NCBI GenBank assembly: GCA_029974015.1
Contig: JARKUF010000017.1
Span: forward strand, 16,206 to 80,205
Origin: Spirochaetota bacterium
GTDB lineage: Bacteria > Spirochaetota > UBA4802 > JAGODF01
Length of the DNA stretch: 64,000 bases
Reading direction: 5' to 3'
This document shows, piece by piece, positions 46,718 to 56,844 of this stretch. Positions within the stretch are counted from its first letter, which is position 1. The number at the start of each line of letters is the position of its first letter. The notes beneath the pieces are model-generated. The model made no database searches. It was not told the origin of the DNA and saw nothing but the letters and a program-made list of their open reading frames with translations. Both the position numbers and the translations under genes were made by a program.

Positions 46718-48004
46718 ATGGAATCCAAACCGTACAATCCTTTCCATGTCGCACAGGCGCAGTTCGATAAAGTCGCCAAAATGCTCAATCTTGAAGATGG
46801 CGTCAGGGAGCTTTTAAGGGAGCCCCTGCGCGAGTACCAGTTTGTTATCCCGGTCCGCATGGACGGAGGCGGCGTCAAGATATTCAAAGGTTTTAGAGTC
46901 CAGCACAACGACGCCCGGGGGCCCGCGAAAGGGGGAATCCGGTTTCACCCTCATGAAACAATCGACACGGTCAGGGCGCTATCCATGTGGATGACGTGGA
47001 AGTGCTCTGTTGTGGATATTCCCCTCGGGGGAGGAAAGGGCGGGATAGTGTGCGACCCTCATCATCTCAGCGCCCGGGAACAGGAACAGTTATGCAGGGG
47101 CTGGGTCCGACAGATCGCGAAAAACGTCGGGCCGTTTCAAGACGTTCCCGCGCCGGACGTCATGTCGAATGCGCAGCACATGCTGTGGATGCTTGACGAA
47201 TTTGAAGTAATCCATAATGGCCGCTTCCCCGGTTTCATTACGGGGAAGCCCGTGGGATTGGGGGGGTCTCTCGGCCGCACCGAAGCGACGGGTTTTGGCG
47301 TTATCTTCACGTTGCGCGAGGCCCTCAAGGAGCACGGAGTCGATATAGCGAAAACAACGGCAAGCCTTCAGGGCTTTGGAAACGTGTCCCAGAACGCCTT
47401 TAAACTGTACGATGAGCTCGGAGGCAAGGTCATCGCCATTTCCTGCTGGGACCAGGCGGACAAGACCTCGTACACATTCAAAAAGAAAAGCGGGGCCGGT
47501 TTCCAGGAGCTTCTTGCAATCACCGACACATTCGGAGGAATCGACAAGAACAAGGCCAGGGACTGCGGATATGAGGTTTTGCCCGGGGAAGCCTGGATTG
47601 AACAGGAAGTGGACATCCTGATCCCGGCCGCGCTTGAAAACCAGATCAACAAGGACAATGCGGGTAAAATCAGTTCAAAGGTGAAGTTCATCGCCGAAGG
47701 CGCGAACGGCCCGACGACGCCGGAGGCTGATGAGGTCATCAAGAGCAAAGGCATCTTCGTGATACCGGATTTCCTCGCCAATGCCGGTGGCGTCACATGC
47801 AGCTACTTCGAACAGGTCCAGTGCAATATGAACTATTTCTGGGAAAAACGCGAAGTGCTCGAAAAGCTGGACCAGAAGATGACCTCGGCGTTCACCGCCG
47901 TCAGCGAGCTTTCCAAACAGAAATCCCTGTATATGCGTGACGCGGCGTATGTCATCGCAATAGACAGGGTCGCCCGTGCGGTGAAGGCGAGAAGCTGGGT
48001 CTAA
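46718..48004 (+). CDS. gdhA: Glu/Leu/Phe/Val dehydrogenase (glutamate dehydrogenase)
   Basis: GPAKGGIRFHP, GGGKGG, DVPAPD, GRTEATG, QGFGNV, EGANGP, PDFLANAGGV. Confidence 0.9.
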   Translation: MESKPYNPFHVAQAQFDKVAKMLNLEDGVRELLREPLREYQFVIPVRMDGGGVKIFKGFRVQHNDARGPAKGGIRFHPHETIDTVRALSMWMTWKCSVVDIPLGGGKGGIVCDPHHLSAREQEQLCRGWVRQIAKNVGPFQDVPAPDVMSNAQHMLWMLDEFEVIHNGRFPGFITGKPVGLGGSLGRTEATGFGVIFTLREALKEHGVDIAKTTASLQGFGNVSQNAFKLYDELGGKVIAISCWDQADKTSYTFKKKSGAGFQELLAITDTFGGIDKNKARDCGYEVLPGEAWIEQEVDILIPAALENQINKDNAGKISSKVKFIAEGANGPTTPEADEVIKSKGIFVIPDFLANAGGVTCSYFEQVQCNMNYFWEKREVLEKLDQKMTSAFTAVSELSKQKSLYMRDAAYVIAIDRVARAVKARSWV

Positions 48005-48027
48005 TATCCTACTACAGCTCCGACCTC

Positions 48028-48999
48028 TCATAACTTCACGCTTGCGAGCCACGGGCGGTTCTCAACATGCCACTCCACCGTGCGGCGGACCCCCTCATCG
48101 AAGGGAACTTCGGGTTTCCATCCGAGTATGCGCCCGGCCTTTGTTATGTCGGCCCAGGTGTCCATCATATCGGCCCTGTGAAAAGGCTTGCGGTCGATGA
48201 CGGCTTTCTTCCCCAGGCGCTCCTCCATCATCCCGATCATCGTCTTGATTGAGATGGGGTTTTTTCCGCCCCCCAGGTTTATGATCTCATAGCCGACTTC
48301 CTTCATGGCGAGGACGGTCCCCTCGGCGATATCGTCCACATAGGTGAAATCCCGTGTCTGGTTTCCGTCCCCAAAAAGCTCGATGGGGGTCCCCTCGTCT
48401 ATCCATTTGATGAACCTGAAGGGGCTCATGTCCGGACGCCCGGCGGGGCCGTAGACTGTGAAGTAGCGCACCACGGTCACATCGATGCCGTAAAGATGGT
48501 GGTAGGTGTAGGCCATCGCTTCGGCGGCCTTCTTGGAGGCGGCATATGGCGATATCGGGGTGTTCACGGGGAGGTCCTCCGTGAAGGGCATGGGCAGCCC
48601 GGCGTAGAGGCTGGACGTTGAAGCCAATACCATTTTCTTCACGTCATGGAAGCGCATGAGCTCTAAAAGGTTTAGCGTCCCATGCGCGTTGGTGGTCATG
48701 TAGACATGGGGGTTTTCCATGCTGTAGCGGACCCCGGCCCGGGCGGCAAGATTGATTACGGCGTCGATCCGGTTTTCGGCAAAGAGCTGTTCCATCACTG
48801 CCAGATTTTCAATATCGGCCTGATGGAAGGACCAGTGGTCCCGTCCGGTCAGGAGGTCCCGTCGATGCTCTTTGAGGCGGACGTCATAGTAGTCGTTCAT
48901 GTTATCGACACCGACCACACGGTGCCCTCGATTGAGGAGGAGCTCCGCCGTCTTGTAGCCCACAAATCCGGCGGCGCCGGTTAGCAAAATTGTTTGCAT
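48028..48999 (-). CDS. NAD-dependent epimerase (UDP-glucuronate 4-epimerase-like)
   Basis: TGAAGFVG, LAARAGVRYS, YAASK, YGPAGRPDM, RDFTYVDD. Confidence 0.9.
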   Translation of the reverse strand: MQTILLTGAAGFVGYKTAELLLNRGHRVVGVDNMNDYYDVRLKEHRRDLLTGRDHWSFHQADIENLAVMEQLFAENRIDAVINLAARAGVRYSMENPHVYMTTNAHGTLNLLELMRFHDVKKMVLASTSSLYAGLPMPFTEDLPVNTPISPYAASKKAAEAMAYTYHHLYGIDVTVVRYFTVYGPAGRPDMSPFRFIKWIDEGTPIELFGDGNQTRDFTYVDDIAEGTVLAMKEVGYEIINLGGGKNPISIKTMIGMMEERLGKKAVIDRKPFHRADMMDTWADITKAGRILGWKPEVPFDEGVRRTVEWHVENRPWLASVKL

Positions 49000-49174
49000 A
49001 GAAGTTTCCTCTTCAAAGCCCTCCCTTCAGAGGAGGGGCTTCGGGCGGCGGTTCCGGCCGCCCGGTACTGGATTTAACGACACGATGACAACTCGACCGT
49101 CAAGAACATTATCCCCGCAAAACCTCTTGATTATTTCATCGTCATGCCTTCACTTGCCGTCCATGTCGCCCATA

Positions 49175-50101
49175 ATGAAATATCTCATTTTTCAGGCCGT
49201 CATTATAGGCCCATTCGCTTCGGGATATTTTTTGAAACGCCGCTTTGGCGAACCCGCCGGGACGAGCCGGCGTATCGTGCGGGCAAACCTCGTTTTTGTT
49301 GAACCACTCATTGCGCTCTGGGCGATCTGGGGGCTCCCGATGAGGGCCGACCTCCTGGCACTCCCGCTGGGGGGACTTGCTCTGGTGCTTCTGGGGCTTG
49401 GATTCGGGGCTATCATCGCCCGAGCTATGGGCTTTTCGGTAAAAACCGGGGCCACTTTCATCATCAGCGCTTCGCTTGCAAACCACGGCTTCACCATGGG
49501 CGGGTTCATCTGCTATCTCATCCTCGATGAGCGGGGGCTTGGCTACTCATTCATCTTTATCTCATATTTTATGCTCTTTATATATCTTGTCATCTTTCCT
49601 TATGCCCGTCGAATTGCGCGGAGGGAGGGGAACGCGGTGTCTCTTCCATCTAATTTTTTCGACCTTCAGAACATGCCTCTCTTTGCCGTCATCCTTGCCC
49701 TCATCCTTGGGACGAGCGGGATATCCCGCCCGAACATAGCATTTCCTGTGGATATTTTACTGGTCCTTTCCGTGGCATCGTATTACTTTTCCCTGGGCTT
49801 GAACTTCAGGGTATCTGATATCGGGAAAACCCTGAGGGCCACAGCGGTACTCTCAGCGGAAAAATTCGTCCTTGTGCCGGCGGCGGCCATTCTTATCCTC
49901 CGATTCGTACAACTGCCGCGGGATATTACGCAGGTCATCGCGGTCCAGTCTTTCATGCCCGCCGCTATTTTCTCCGTCCTCGCATCGATCCTATACGGTC
50001 TCGACACCACTCTGGCTTCGGGCACCTTCGTCGCCACTACGATACTTTTTGTTACTCTTGTCCTTCCGCCTCTTCTTATGTTCCTCCCTGGACTTCTCTG
50101 A
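49175..50101 (+). CDS. AEC (auxin efflux carrier) family transporter
   Basis: About 10 TM helices; ANHGFTMG, K..LVP and MPAA motifs; start 49163 or 49175. Confidence 0.8.
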   Translation: MKYLIFQAVIIGPFASGYFLKRRFGEPAGTSRRIVRANLVFVEPLIALWAIWGLPMRADLLALPLGGLALVLLGLGFGAIIARAMGFSVKTGATFIISASLANHGFTMGGFICYLILDERGLGYSFIFISYFMLFIYLVIFPYARRIARREGNAVSLPSNFFDLQNMPLFAVILALILGTSGISRPNIAFPVDILLVLSVASYYFSLGLNFRVSDIGKTLRATAVLSAEKFVLVPAAAILILRFVQLPRDITQVIAVQSFMPAAIFSVLASILYGLDTTLASGTFVATTILFVTLVLPPLLMFLPGLL

Positions 50102-50211
50102 TCCGCTTCTTCCGGGTCTGTGTTGAATTTATATTGACTTCGTCTCGTGGTTATGATAACATATTCATATGATGGATCTCCAGGCCCTGACCATACTTGG
50201 AGAAGAAAACT

Positions 50212-50981
50212 ATGCGCCGGTTATCGATCATCTTGCTTTTACCTCTCGCTTTCACCGTCTGCAAGTCCCCATATGAGCTGGTTAGAACGGGTCCTGAACA
50301 CCCGGCCCTCCCGAAGGATGCGGAAGTAAAACTGGTGCCCTGGAACGATGTGGGCTCCTATGATCAACTGGCAATTATCGATGTGGGGGAATTCACCCTG
50401 AAAAAAGGCTGAAATACGCCAGGGAAGGGGCCCGCGCAGCCGGCGGGGACTGCATCGCGGCGAGGCTTACCGGTGATCCTACAAAGGACAACAAGACCGA
50501 GTACCTGGTCCAGAGCTTCATTGTATTGAAAAAGAAGGTCCATGGAGAAGGGGCCGTCGTGGCGGTTGAAACGCCGAAAGTTTCCGCGGCCAAGGACGAT
50601 ATAGCACCCATTACGGAAGGCGAAGATTTCGGTGCCATCGATTCCAAGGCCGATTATTCGAACTTGCCCAGAGCGAGTTACCGCAAGCTCCTTTCGGAAA
50701 CGCCGAGCATGCGGGGAGAGCAGTTCCGAGGCTCCCTTTATCCGGTGAAATATTTTCGCCTTCCCCCGGAACTGAAAAAACACTCCGAAGAAGGAAACCA
50801 GCTTCTGATGCTTTCGAGCCGCAAGGGTAGCGCCAGGGTGCTCCTGATGGTCCCCCCGGGGAAGCGCCGTGACATCCAGTCGCTGATACAGTCGAAAAAA
50901 CCTCTGGAGTTCGTCTACAAACCCGTCACGGTGTACCGGGCGAAGTACCCTGTTCTACAGTTCGTTGATGAAATCAGATAG
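50212..50981 (+). pseudogene. Lipoprotein gene split by a 1-nt frameshift at A6 (50401-50406)
   Basis: Lipobox LAFTVC. Frame 0 stops at 50410-50412. The -1 frame is open from 50406 (RLKYAREGARAAGGDCI...) into ORF 50526-50981. Promoter-like TTGACT-17-TAACAT at 50134-50162. Confidence 0.7.
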
Positions 50982-51160
50982 ATTTCAACGTCCCTGCAAG
51001 GTGCGGCGAAAGAGCGTTTCCGCGAGAGATTAATTTGGCCATGTTTGCTTTTCAATAACGCCCTTTCTCCGTTTTTTTCTTTACTAAAACCCGCTTAATT
51101 GTATAGGCTCATTATCCGGGAGACGCCTAGCCCGGCCCCAATTCCCAAAGGAGCCCCGAC

Positions 51161-54100
51161 GTGGAAAAGAGCACCGGCACCCTCAGCAGTCTCAGCAGGT
51201 ACACGCTGCGCGAGGAGCACCTCATCGCCGACAGGTCCATTAAGGAAGAGATAGCCGCCGCCTTCGCGGAAAACCGGTGTTTCGAATTCTTCCCCTCGAA
51301 AGCAGTGCTTGGCCGCATCCGCGGCGGCGCATCCGACGCGGACCTCGGGGACGACATCGACTCTCTCCGGGGCGCCATCATCGATACCGCCGTTAAGGAC
51401 GACGGGACCCTCAAGGGGAGGTTCCAGAGCGACACCCGCCTCCTGAGGCGGATTTCCACGGCGGTCCTCATCATCCACAGGGCAATGGCGGAGTCGGAAC
51501 AGCCCATGCCAGTGGACCGGCGCATTGTCCTGGTCAAGGAACGCCACGGCGTACCGACCCTTTTCCACAGGTCATCGGAAACGACGGTCATATCCCATGT
51601 GGGACAGGGGCCGGAGTGGCGGGAAATTCCCACGGTTTATCTGGGCCTAAATATCTTCGACGCCATTTACCAGGAAAGGAAGAAGAACGAAACGGCCCTC
51701 TACGATACGTTCAAGACCATTCTCATGATTGAGGAGAGGGCCATCCAGACAGGCTTTTCCCATACGGAAACGTTTTCGCCCGCCATATCCAGGGCGCTGA
51801 ATGTTTTCGTCGACGAGCTGATCCGCATTTCAACGCTGAAAGAAATCGAGGCCGCCGAAGTCCCGGAGGTGAAGAGGGTGCGCCCTTTCACGGAGCGCAA
51901 TCGGGAGAGCTTTGTGAAGATGCTCAACGCAAGGATCCGCGGCGACGAACTTAATTTCCACTATGGGAAGAATGTGAAGGCCATGGACTCCCTGGAGCGC
52001 CTGGCCCGCCGTTACAAGAAAGGGGGCGATCCGGCATCACTGAAGGAAGTGGTGCGCCTCCTCGTGGCCGCCTCGGGTCACGATCTACATGAAGTGCGCA
52101 ACCGCGCCAACATAGCCCTGGAGAGGGTATTCGCGCCAAAGGAATACGACGCTCCCCTGGCGGCCAAATTCATCAACCTGAAATCCGGAGACGAATACAG
52201 GTTTGAATTTGACCTGCCCCTCCACAAGCCCGGATACTTTCTGCGCCTATACCGAAACACCCTGGACCGCCAGCGGAAGTTCATCACCGAGGACGGCCTT
52301 TCCTATATTGATATGGAACTGGAATATGCGGAAGGGCCGAAAAAGTATGCCCTCTGCCATTGTTTCGACGAATACGGCCATTATGATTTCCTGGTTTTCA
52401 AGCGGAAAAGAAAGTCCAGCGAATGGGTCACCGCCCACGGGGCGAGCGGACGGGTCAACGTGGTCCCCGATGTAAGAGGGGAGATTATCCTGGAAATATT
52501 CACCGACATCCACGGACACACCGGCGTTTACTGGCGCGACAGGTCCGGTCATCCGGGGCTGGTGTACAATGAGAACGGAGAGGTGATCCGCCTGGGGCGC
52601 TTCTCCGATATCACTGCGCATCTGGAGGACCTGAAGGCACGATACCTCATCACCTCAATTTACATCCTGGGGATGCAAAAGCGCGGAACCAACCGCCAGG
52701 ATTGGGCCCCAGAAGCGTCCTCGCCATCTCCCTTTTCCCCAATGAGCCTCGTGGAGCCCGAGCCTTCCCTTGGAGGGGCCGATGAGTTTCGAAACCTGAT
52801 AACTCGCGCCCATGAGCTCGGTATAAAAATCATTGTGGACGTCGTGCCTCACCTTAACCGCACGAGCACGGAGGTGCCGGACAGCTATGCCGTCCTTTGC
52901 TACGATTACGAAGGCCGCCTCGGAAAGCGCGCATCCACGGACGGGAGGTTCGGGAGCTGGAACGACGGGATGCTTTTAAACTATCGGATGTTTGAGGTCT
53001 GGGAATGGCTCACCGGTTCCATTCTCCAGCTCATAGAGCAGTTCGATATCGACGGAATACGATTCGACTCGGCCCACGCGGTCCCAATAGCAATGAAGCG
53101 GAACAATTACCCCTTCATCTGGGAAGACCGCCGCACCGACGAAGAGATGCTTCTGGGAAACATCATCGTCAACGACCGCGAATACGGCCGCTTCATGACG
53201 ACGGGGTACTACGACTCGGCGTGCCGGGACATTATAGCCATCCCCCTCCATTATTTCATCATGCAGAACATCGAATCGATGCTAAGGGAGCGGGAAAAGA
53301 ATTTCTTCATATTCCTGGCGGAATGCTACTGGGGACATGAGCGTTTTCTCTCCCGCTGCGGGATTATCCCCTACAATTCATCGCTTTTTAAAATTTGCGA
53401 GAACATCATCCACGGTAAGACCGACGTACGGGAAATCTATCATTTTTACGATAACTATCTTCCCTCGTCGCTTCCGGAGGGCACCGAGCTTCTGGGGATT
53501 TTAGGCAATCACGACGAGAGGCGCGCCTTGAACACCTTCGGCCACAGGGGCCTCAGGGCCGCCGTGGGCCTCTCCATAATGATGAGCAATATCGTCATGG
53601 ATTATGAGGGGAGCGCCGAAGGGGAAGGTTGGAAGGTGTATCTGGACAACATTTTCGTCAACTGGAACAGTTTCGAGTACGCCGCCCACCGGAGCGTGGA
53701 ACGCTTTTACCGGGAGTGGTACGAGTTCCACCGGGAAAACCGCGGGAAGGGATATCTTGTGTGGGCCAACAATAACATGGTCGCCGCGGCGGTGAAGTTC
53801 GCCACTACGGGGGTGTGGCTTGCCGCGTTCAACTTCGCCAACGCGAACCAGTCCGTATCGATACAGTTCGACAATCCTGTCCTTCCCCTGAAAGATGACG
53901 ACCTCATCCGGGTGGTGGACCTCCTCTACTCCCCCATCACAGGCCATTATAGCTACTTCACCGGACGGGAGCTGAAGTCCTCGAAAATCAACACCGTGGT
54001 GTCCTACACGGAGAGGATAAAGCTCTTTAAACTGGAAATGCTTGAAAGCATTGAGGGCCATTATACCGAATTTTTGGCCGACTCCTTCTTCAGGCTTTGT

Positions 54101-56032
54101 TCTATTTCTAATATCGCGCATTTCCGTTCCAATTTTTCCTTCGGTGAAATAGCCGCGAACTTCTCCGATGGAGAGGCGATGAAAAAATACCTCTCTTCGG
54201 TCCTAATCCCCGAATTCTGGAAGGAGCACCGTTTTTTCCTGGAGCTGGGCCTCAAGCGCGCGTTCTTCCATCTGTTCCATAATGGCATGAAAGACGGGAA
54301 TGAGGTCCTGGAGTTTATCGACCTTTTAAGCGATGACGGCGATGAGTTCCTGGCCGCCCTGGGGGAGTCCCTGGCCTGGCACAGCCGGAGGGGTTCTCTT
54401 GTCTTCATGTCCGCCGAGGCTGAGCCTTTCTCCAAAAGCGGCGGCCTGGCCAATGTGGTCTACGAGCTTCCCCGGGAGCTCGCCGCCATGGGTGAGGACG
54501 TCTGCGTGATTACCGGTTACTACCGCGGCGGCGACGAAAAGGCCATTGGGAAAATGAGCGATGCGGTAAAACGCTACGGCGTGGCCCACACCGGGCGGAA
54601 TGTTCGCTTTAAAATAATGGACCACGATTACGAGGTGGGGGTCCACTACGGCGAGGTGGAGGGGGTTCGATACTACCTCCTGGACCACTACGAGTTTTTT
54701 GACGGGCTCTACTGGGGAATCACCTCCCAGGAAAAATTGCGGCGGCGTATCGCTTTCTCTCGGGCCTGTGCCGAGGTGATCTGCACTTTCGGATTACGTC
54801 CCCATTTTACCTTCACCAATGACGCCTACGCCGGGCTTTTCAACGGCATCGTTAAATGCGACCATGTATACTACTCCAATCCGAATTTCCAGCGGACTTC
54901 ATTTCTCCATATCATCCATAACGGGGGATGGCAATACTTCGATTCGTACCACCGTTTCGAAGGAGGTTTCGATCTTTTCAGCCTCTTCAATCTTCCCCAG
55001 TGGCGCGCTTCGGAGTTTCTCGACCCTGTGGAGGGGGACAAAATCAACTGCATGGCGGCGGGGATCCGCATGGCGGACCGCACCATCACCGTTAGCCCCA
55101 GCTATGCGCGGCAGATTGAATACGCCTGCGACGGGCTGGAGAGGATACTCTTCAATGTTATAGGGATCAGCAATGCCATAGGCCGGGACTTCAAGGACCG
55201 GATCGTTGATCGTTTTAACGCATCCAAATTCCGGGAGCGTAACTACGGGCCCCTCGTGGAGGCGATAAAGGCGGACGCCGCCCTTGAGGAAAAAATCGCA
55301 TCGAGGTTCCCTGAGATACTGAAGGGGCCCGCGGCCGTCGACGGGGTCCATGATCCGGTGCGCCGCACCGTCCTCACCCGCGCTCTGAACAAGATGCTTT
55401 TACAGATGGAGCGGGGCTTCACGGTGGACCCCGACATCCTCATCTTTTCGATGATACACCGCATTACGGAACAGAAGGGGTTTCAGCTTGTCCTCGAAGC
55501 GTCGAAGGGCCTTTTCGAGCACCTGGGGTATCAGGCGGTCATCGGCGGGGCCGTCTCTTCCGGGGACCGGCGTGGTGAGGAGATAGCCCATGGGCTTTAT
55601 CTTCTCTCGCAGTACTACGGGAAGGGGGTTTCGGTTAATTTCGGGTTCCAGGAGATAAGCATCCCCCTCTTTTCCTCGGACATTTTCTGCATGCCTTCGA
55701 TGAACGAACCCGGGGGGATCTCCCAGCTCGAGGCTTTTGCCGCGGGGTGCCTCGTTGTTGCCCGGGCAACAGGGGGACTCCGCGACACGGTTTTTCCAGT
55801 GCGGACAACAGACGACGGCGTGGAGGGGAACGGCTTTCTTTTTTCCGATTACTCGGCCTGGGCGTACTACGATGCCATGGAGCGGGCACATCGGTTTTTC
55901 CGCGACCATGACGACGAGACCGCGGCGAAGGCCCGTATCAATGCGGAAAATTCGGTCTATTTCTGGGACCGCCCGGCGCGCCGGTACATTCAGGAAATAT
56001 ACAGGATCAAAGAGATTATTCGGGTGATATAA
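51161..56032 (+). CDS. Fusion of an unassigned N-terminal region, a GH13 alpha-amylase-family domain and a GT5 glycogen/starch synthase
   Basis: GH13 motifs DGIRFDSAH (D636), FLAECYW (E721), GNHDE (D785). GT5 motifs PFSKSGGLANV (K1092), IIHN, HRITEQKG, NEPGGISQLEA, TGGLRDTV. Confidence 0.88.
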   Translation: MEKSTGTLSSLSRYTLREEHLIADRSIKEEIAAAFAENRCFEFFPSKAVLGRIRGGASDADLGDDIDSLRGAIIDTAVKDDGTLKGRFQSDTRLLRRISTAVLIIHRAMAESEQPMPVDRRIVLVKERHGVPTLFHRSSETTVISHVGQGPEWREIPTVYLGLNIFDAIYQERKKNETALYDTFKTILMIEERAIQTGFSHTETFSPAISRALNVFVDELIRISTLKEIEAAEVPEVKRVRPFTERNRESFVKMLNARIRGDELNFHYGKNVKAMDSLERLARRYKKGGDPASLKEVVRLLVAASGHDLHEVRNRANIALERVFAPKEYDAPLAAKFINLKSGDEYRFEFDLPLHKPGYFLRLYRNTLDRQRKFITEDGLSYIDMELEYAEGPKKYALCHCFDEYGHYDFLVFKRKRKSSEWVTAHGASGRVNVVPDVRGEIILEIFTDIHGHTGVYWRDRSGHPGLVYNENGEVIRLGRFSDITAHLEDLKARYLITSIYILGMQKRGTNRQDWAPEASSPSPFSPMSLVEPEPSLGGADEFRNLITRAHELGIKIIVDVVPHLNRTSTEVPDSYAVLCYDYEGRLGKRASTDGRFGSWNDGMLLNYRMFEVWEWLTGSILQLIEQFDIDGIRFDSAHAVPIAMKRNNYPFIWEDRRTDEEMLLGNIIVNDREYGRFMTTGYYDSACRDIIAIPLHYFIMQNIESMLREREKNFFIFLAECYWGHERFLSRCGIIPYNSSLFKICENIIHGKTDVREIYHFYDNYLPSSLPEGTELLGILGNHDERRALNTFGHRGLRAAVGLSIMMSNIVMDYEGSAEGEGWKVYLDNIFVNWNSFEYAAHRSVERFYREWYEFHRENRGKGYLVWANNNMVAAAVKFATTGVWLAAFNFANANQSVSIQFDNPVLPLKDDDLIRVVDLLYSPITGHYSYFTGRELKSSKINTVVSYTERIKLFKLEMLESIEGHYTEFLADSFFRLCSISNIAHFRSNFSFGEIAANFSDGEAMKKYLSSVLIPEFWKEHRFFLELGLKRAFFHLFHNGMKDGNEVLEFIDLLSDDGDEFLAALGESLAWHSRRGSLVFMSAEAEPFSKSGGLANVVYELPRELAAMGEDVCVITGYYRGGDEKAIGKMSDAVKRYGVAHTGRNVRFKIMDHDYEVGVHYGEVEGVRYYLLDHYEFFDGLYWGITSQEKLRRRIAFSRACAEVICTFGLRPHFTFTNDAYAGLFNGIVKCDHVYYSNPNFQRTSFLHIIHNGGWQYFDSYHRFEGGFDLFSLFNLPQWRASEFLDPVEGDKINCMAAGIRMADRTITVSPSYARQIEYACDGLERILFNVIGISNAIGRDFKDRIVDRFNASKFRERNYGPLVEAIKADAALEEKIASRFPEILKGPAAVDGVHDPVRRTVLTRALNKMLLQMERGFTVDPDILIFSMIHRITEQKGFQLVLEASKGLFEHLGYQAVIGGAVSSGDRRGEEIAHGLYLLSQYYGKGVSVNFGFQEISIPLFSSDIFCMPSMNEPGGISQLEAFAAGCLVVARATGGLRDTVFPVRTTDDGVEGNGFLFSDYSAWAYYDAMERAHRFFRDHDDETAAKARINAENSVYFWDRPARRYIQEIYRIKEIIRVI

Positions 56033-56033
56033 A

Positions 56034-56068
56034 GGGCCTGATATTTGTGGCTTATTAGAGGCCCACAT
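56034..56068. repeat. Solo degenerate palindrome B
   Basis: GGGCCTGATATTTGTGGCTTATTAGAGGCCCACAT resembles GGGGCCTC...TTAGAGGCCCCATA. Confidence 0.4.
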
Positions 56069-56262
56069 AATAAAAAAGCGGGATTGTTAAATCCCGCCCG
56101 CACAAGAGCCTTACCTATAGATGCCGCATGGTATCCAGGGAAGACCAGTGAGTGTAAATGATCACTATAATTATCGTCATAGCCGGGACAAACTTGAGTG
56201 TTTTCATGTCCGTTTCTTTTTATTTTTTCGGCGTGTCACGGCCCAATGGAGACTTCTGAACG

Positions 56263-56844
56263 ATGCGGCGCGGCGGTAAAAGGGTTTTTGTTGAGACAAT
56301 CATGGCGTTCTTTGCCATCGCCTGCGCCACTCCCGATGGGGGGGGTACGGTCTCGCGCATTGCCGGCGCCATCAATGGCGAACCGGTGGTTCCACGCCAT
56401 GCCAACAGCATCGTCATAGGCGATTTTGACGATGCCACGGCAAGGAAGGACATAGCCGGTAAAACGGCCATGAAAGTCCGGGAGCTTGTCAACCGCGATG
56501 GGAGGCTCGCCGTGGTCCCTGCGGGAGGCGACCTTGAGCTCTTCGTGGCCCTGACCTCGTTCCAGGTCCAGGTCCTGGAATTTGGGCCCCGTGGAATCCC
56601 CGTAAAGAAGAGGATGCGGCTCACGGGTTCGTTAAAACTCCTTGACGCGGCAAGGAACACCATTATCTTCCGCAACAATGCAGTGCAGTCCTTCATTGAA
56701 TATTCGGAGATTACCCCCCCCGTGACCCCTGAATACCTTGCCCTGGATTTGCTCGTCGAGAGGATGGCGGAGCGGATTAAAGCGCAGACTATCACGGGGT
56801 GGTACACGGAATACATGACGAAAGTGGAAAAAGGAAACAGGTAG
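56263..56844 (+). CDS. lptE: LPS assembly lipoprotein LptE-like
   Basis: Lipobox FAIAC; LptE-like size and pattern; immediately upstream of holA, a conserved synteny. Confidence 0.65.
   Translation: MRRGGKRVFVETIMAFFAIACATPDGGGTVSRIAGAINGEPVVPRHANSIVIGDFDDATARKDIAGKTAMKVRELVNRDGRLAVVPAGGDLELFVALTSFQVQVLEFGPRGIPVKKRMRLTGSLKLLDAARNTIIFRNNAVQSFIEYSEITPPVTPEYLALDLLVERMAERIKAQTITGWYTEYMTKVEKGNR

Noticed and set aside
35683-46747. Short ORFs sharing the peptide PPAEGGR / PPAFGGR (35683, 35757, 42362, 45280 and the N-terminal extension of purM)
   Set aside because: These are translations of the palindromic repeat, not a protein family.
49017-49066. Two adjacent GC hairpins between divergent genes
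   Set aside because: No match to the repeat consensus or to any RNA motif I recognise; function cannot be supported.
50410-50412. TGA in the lipoprotein gene as a second Sec codon
   Set aside because: In-frame read-through gives a non-protein-like sequence that stops near 50530; the real continuation is in the -1 frame.
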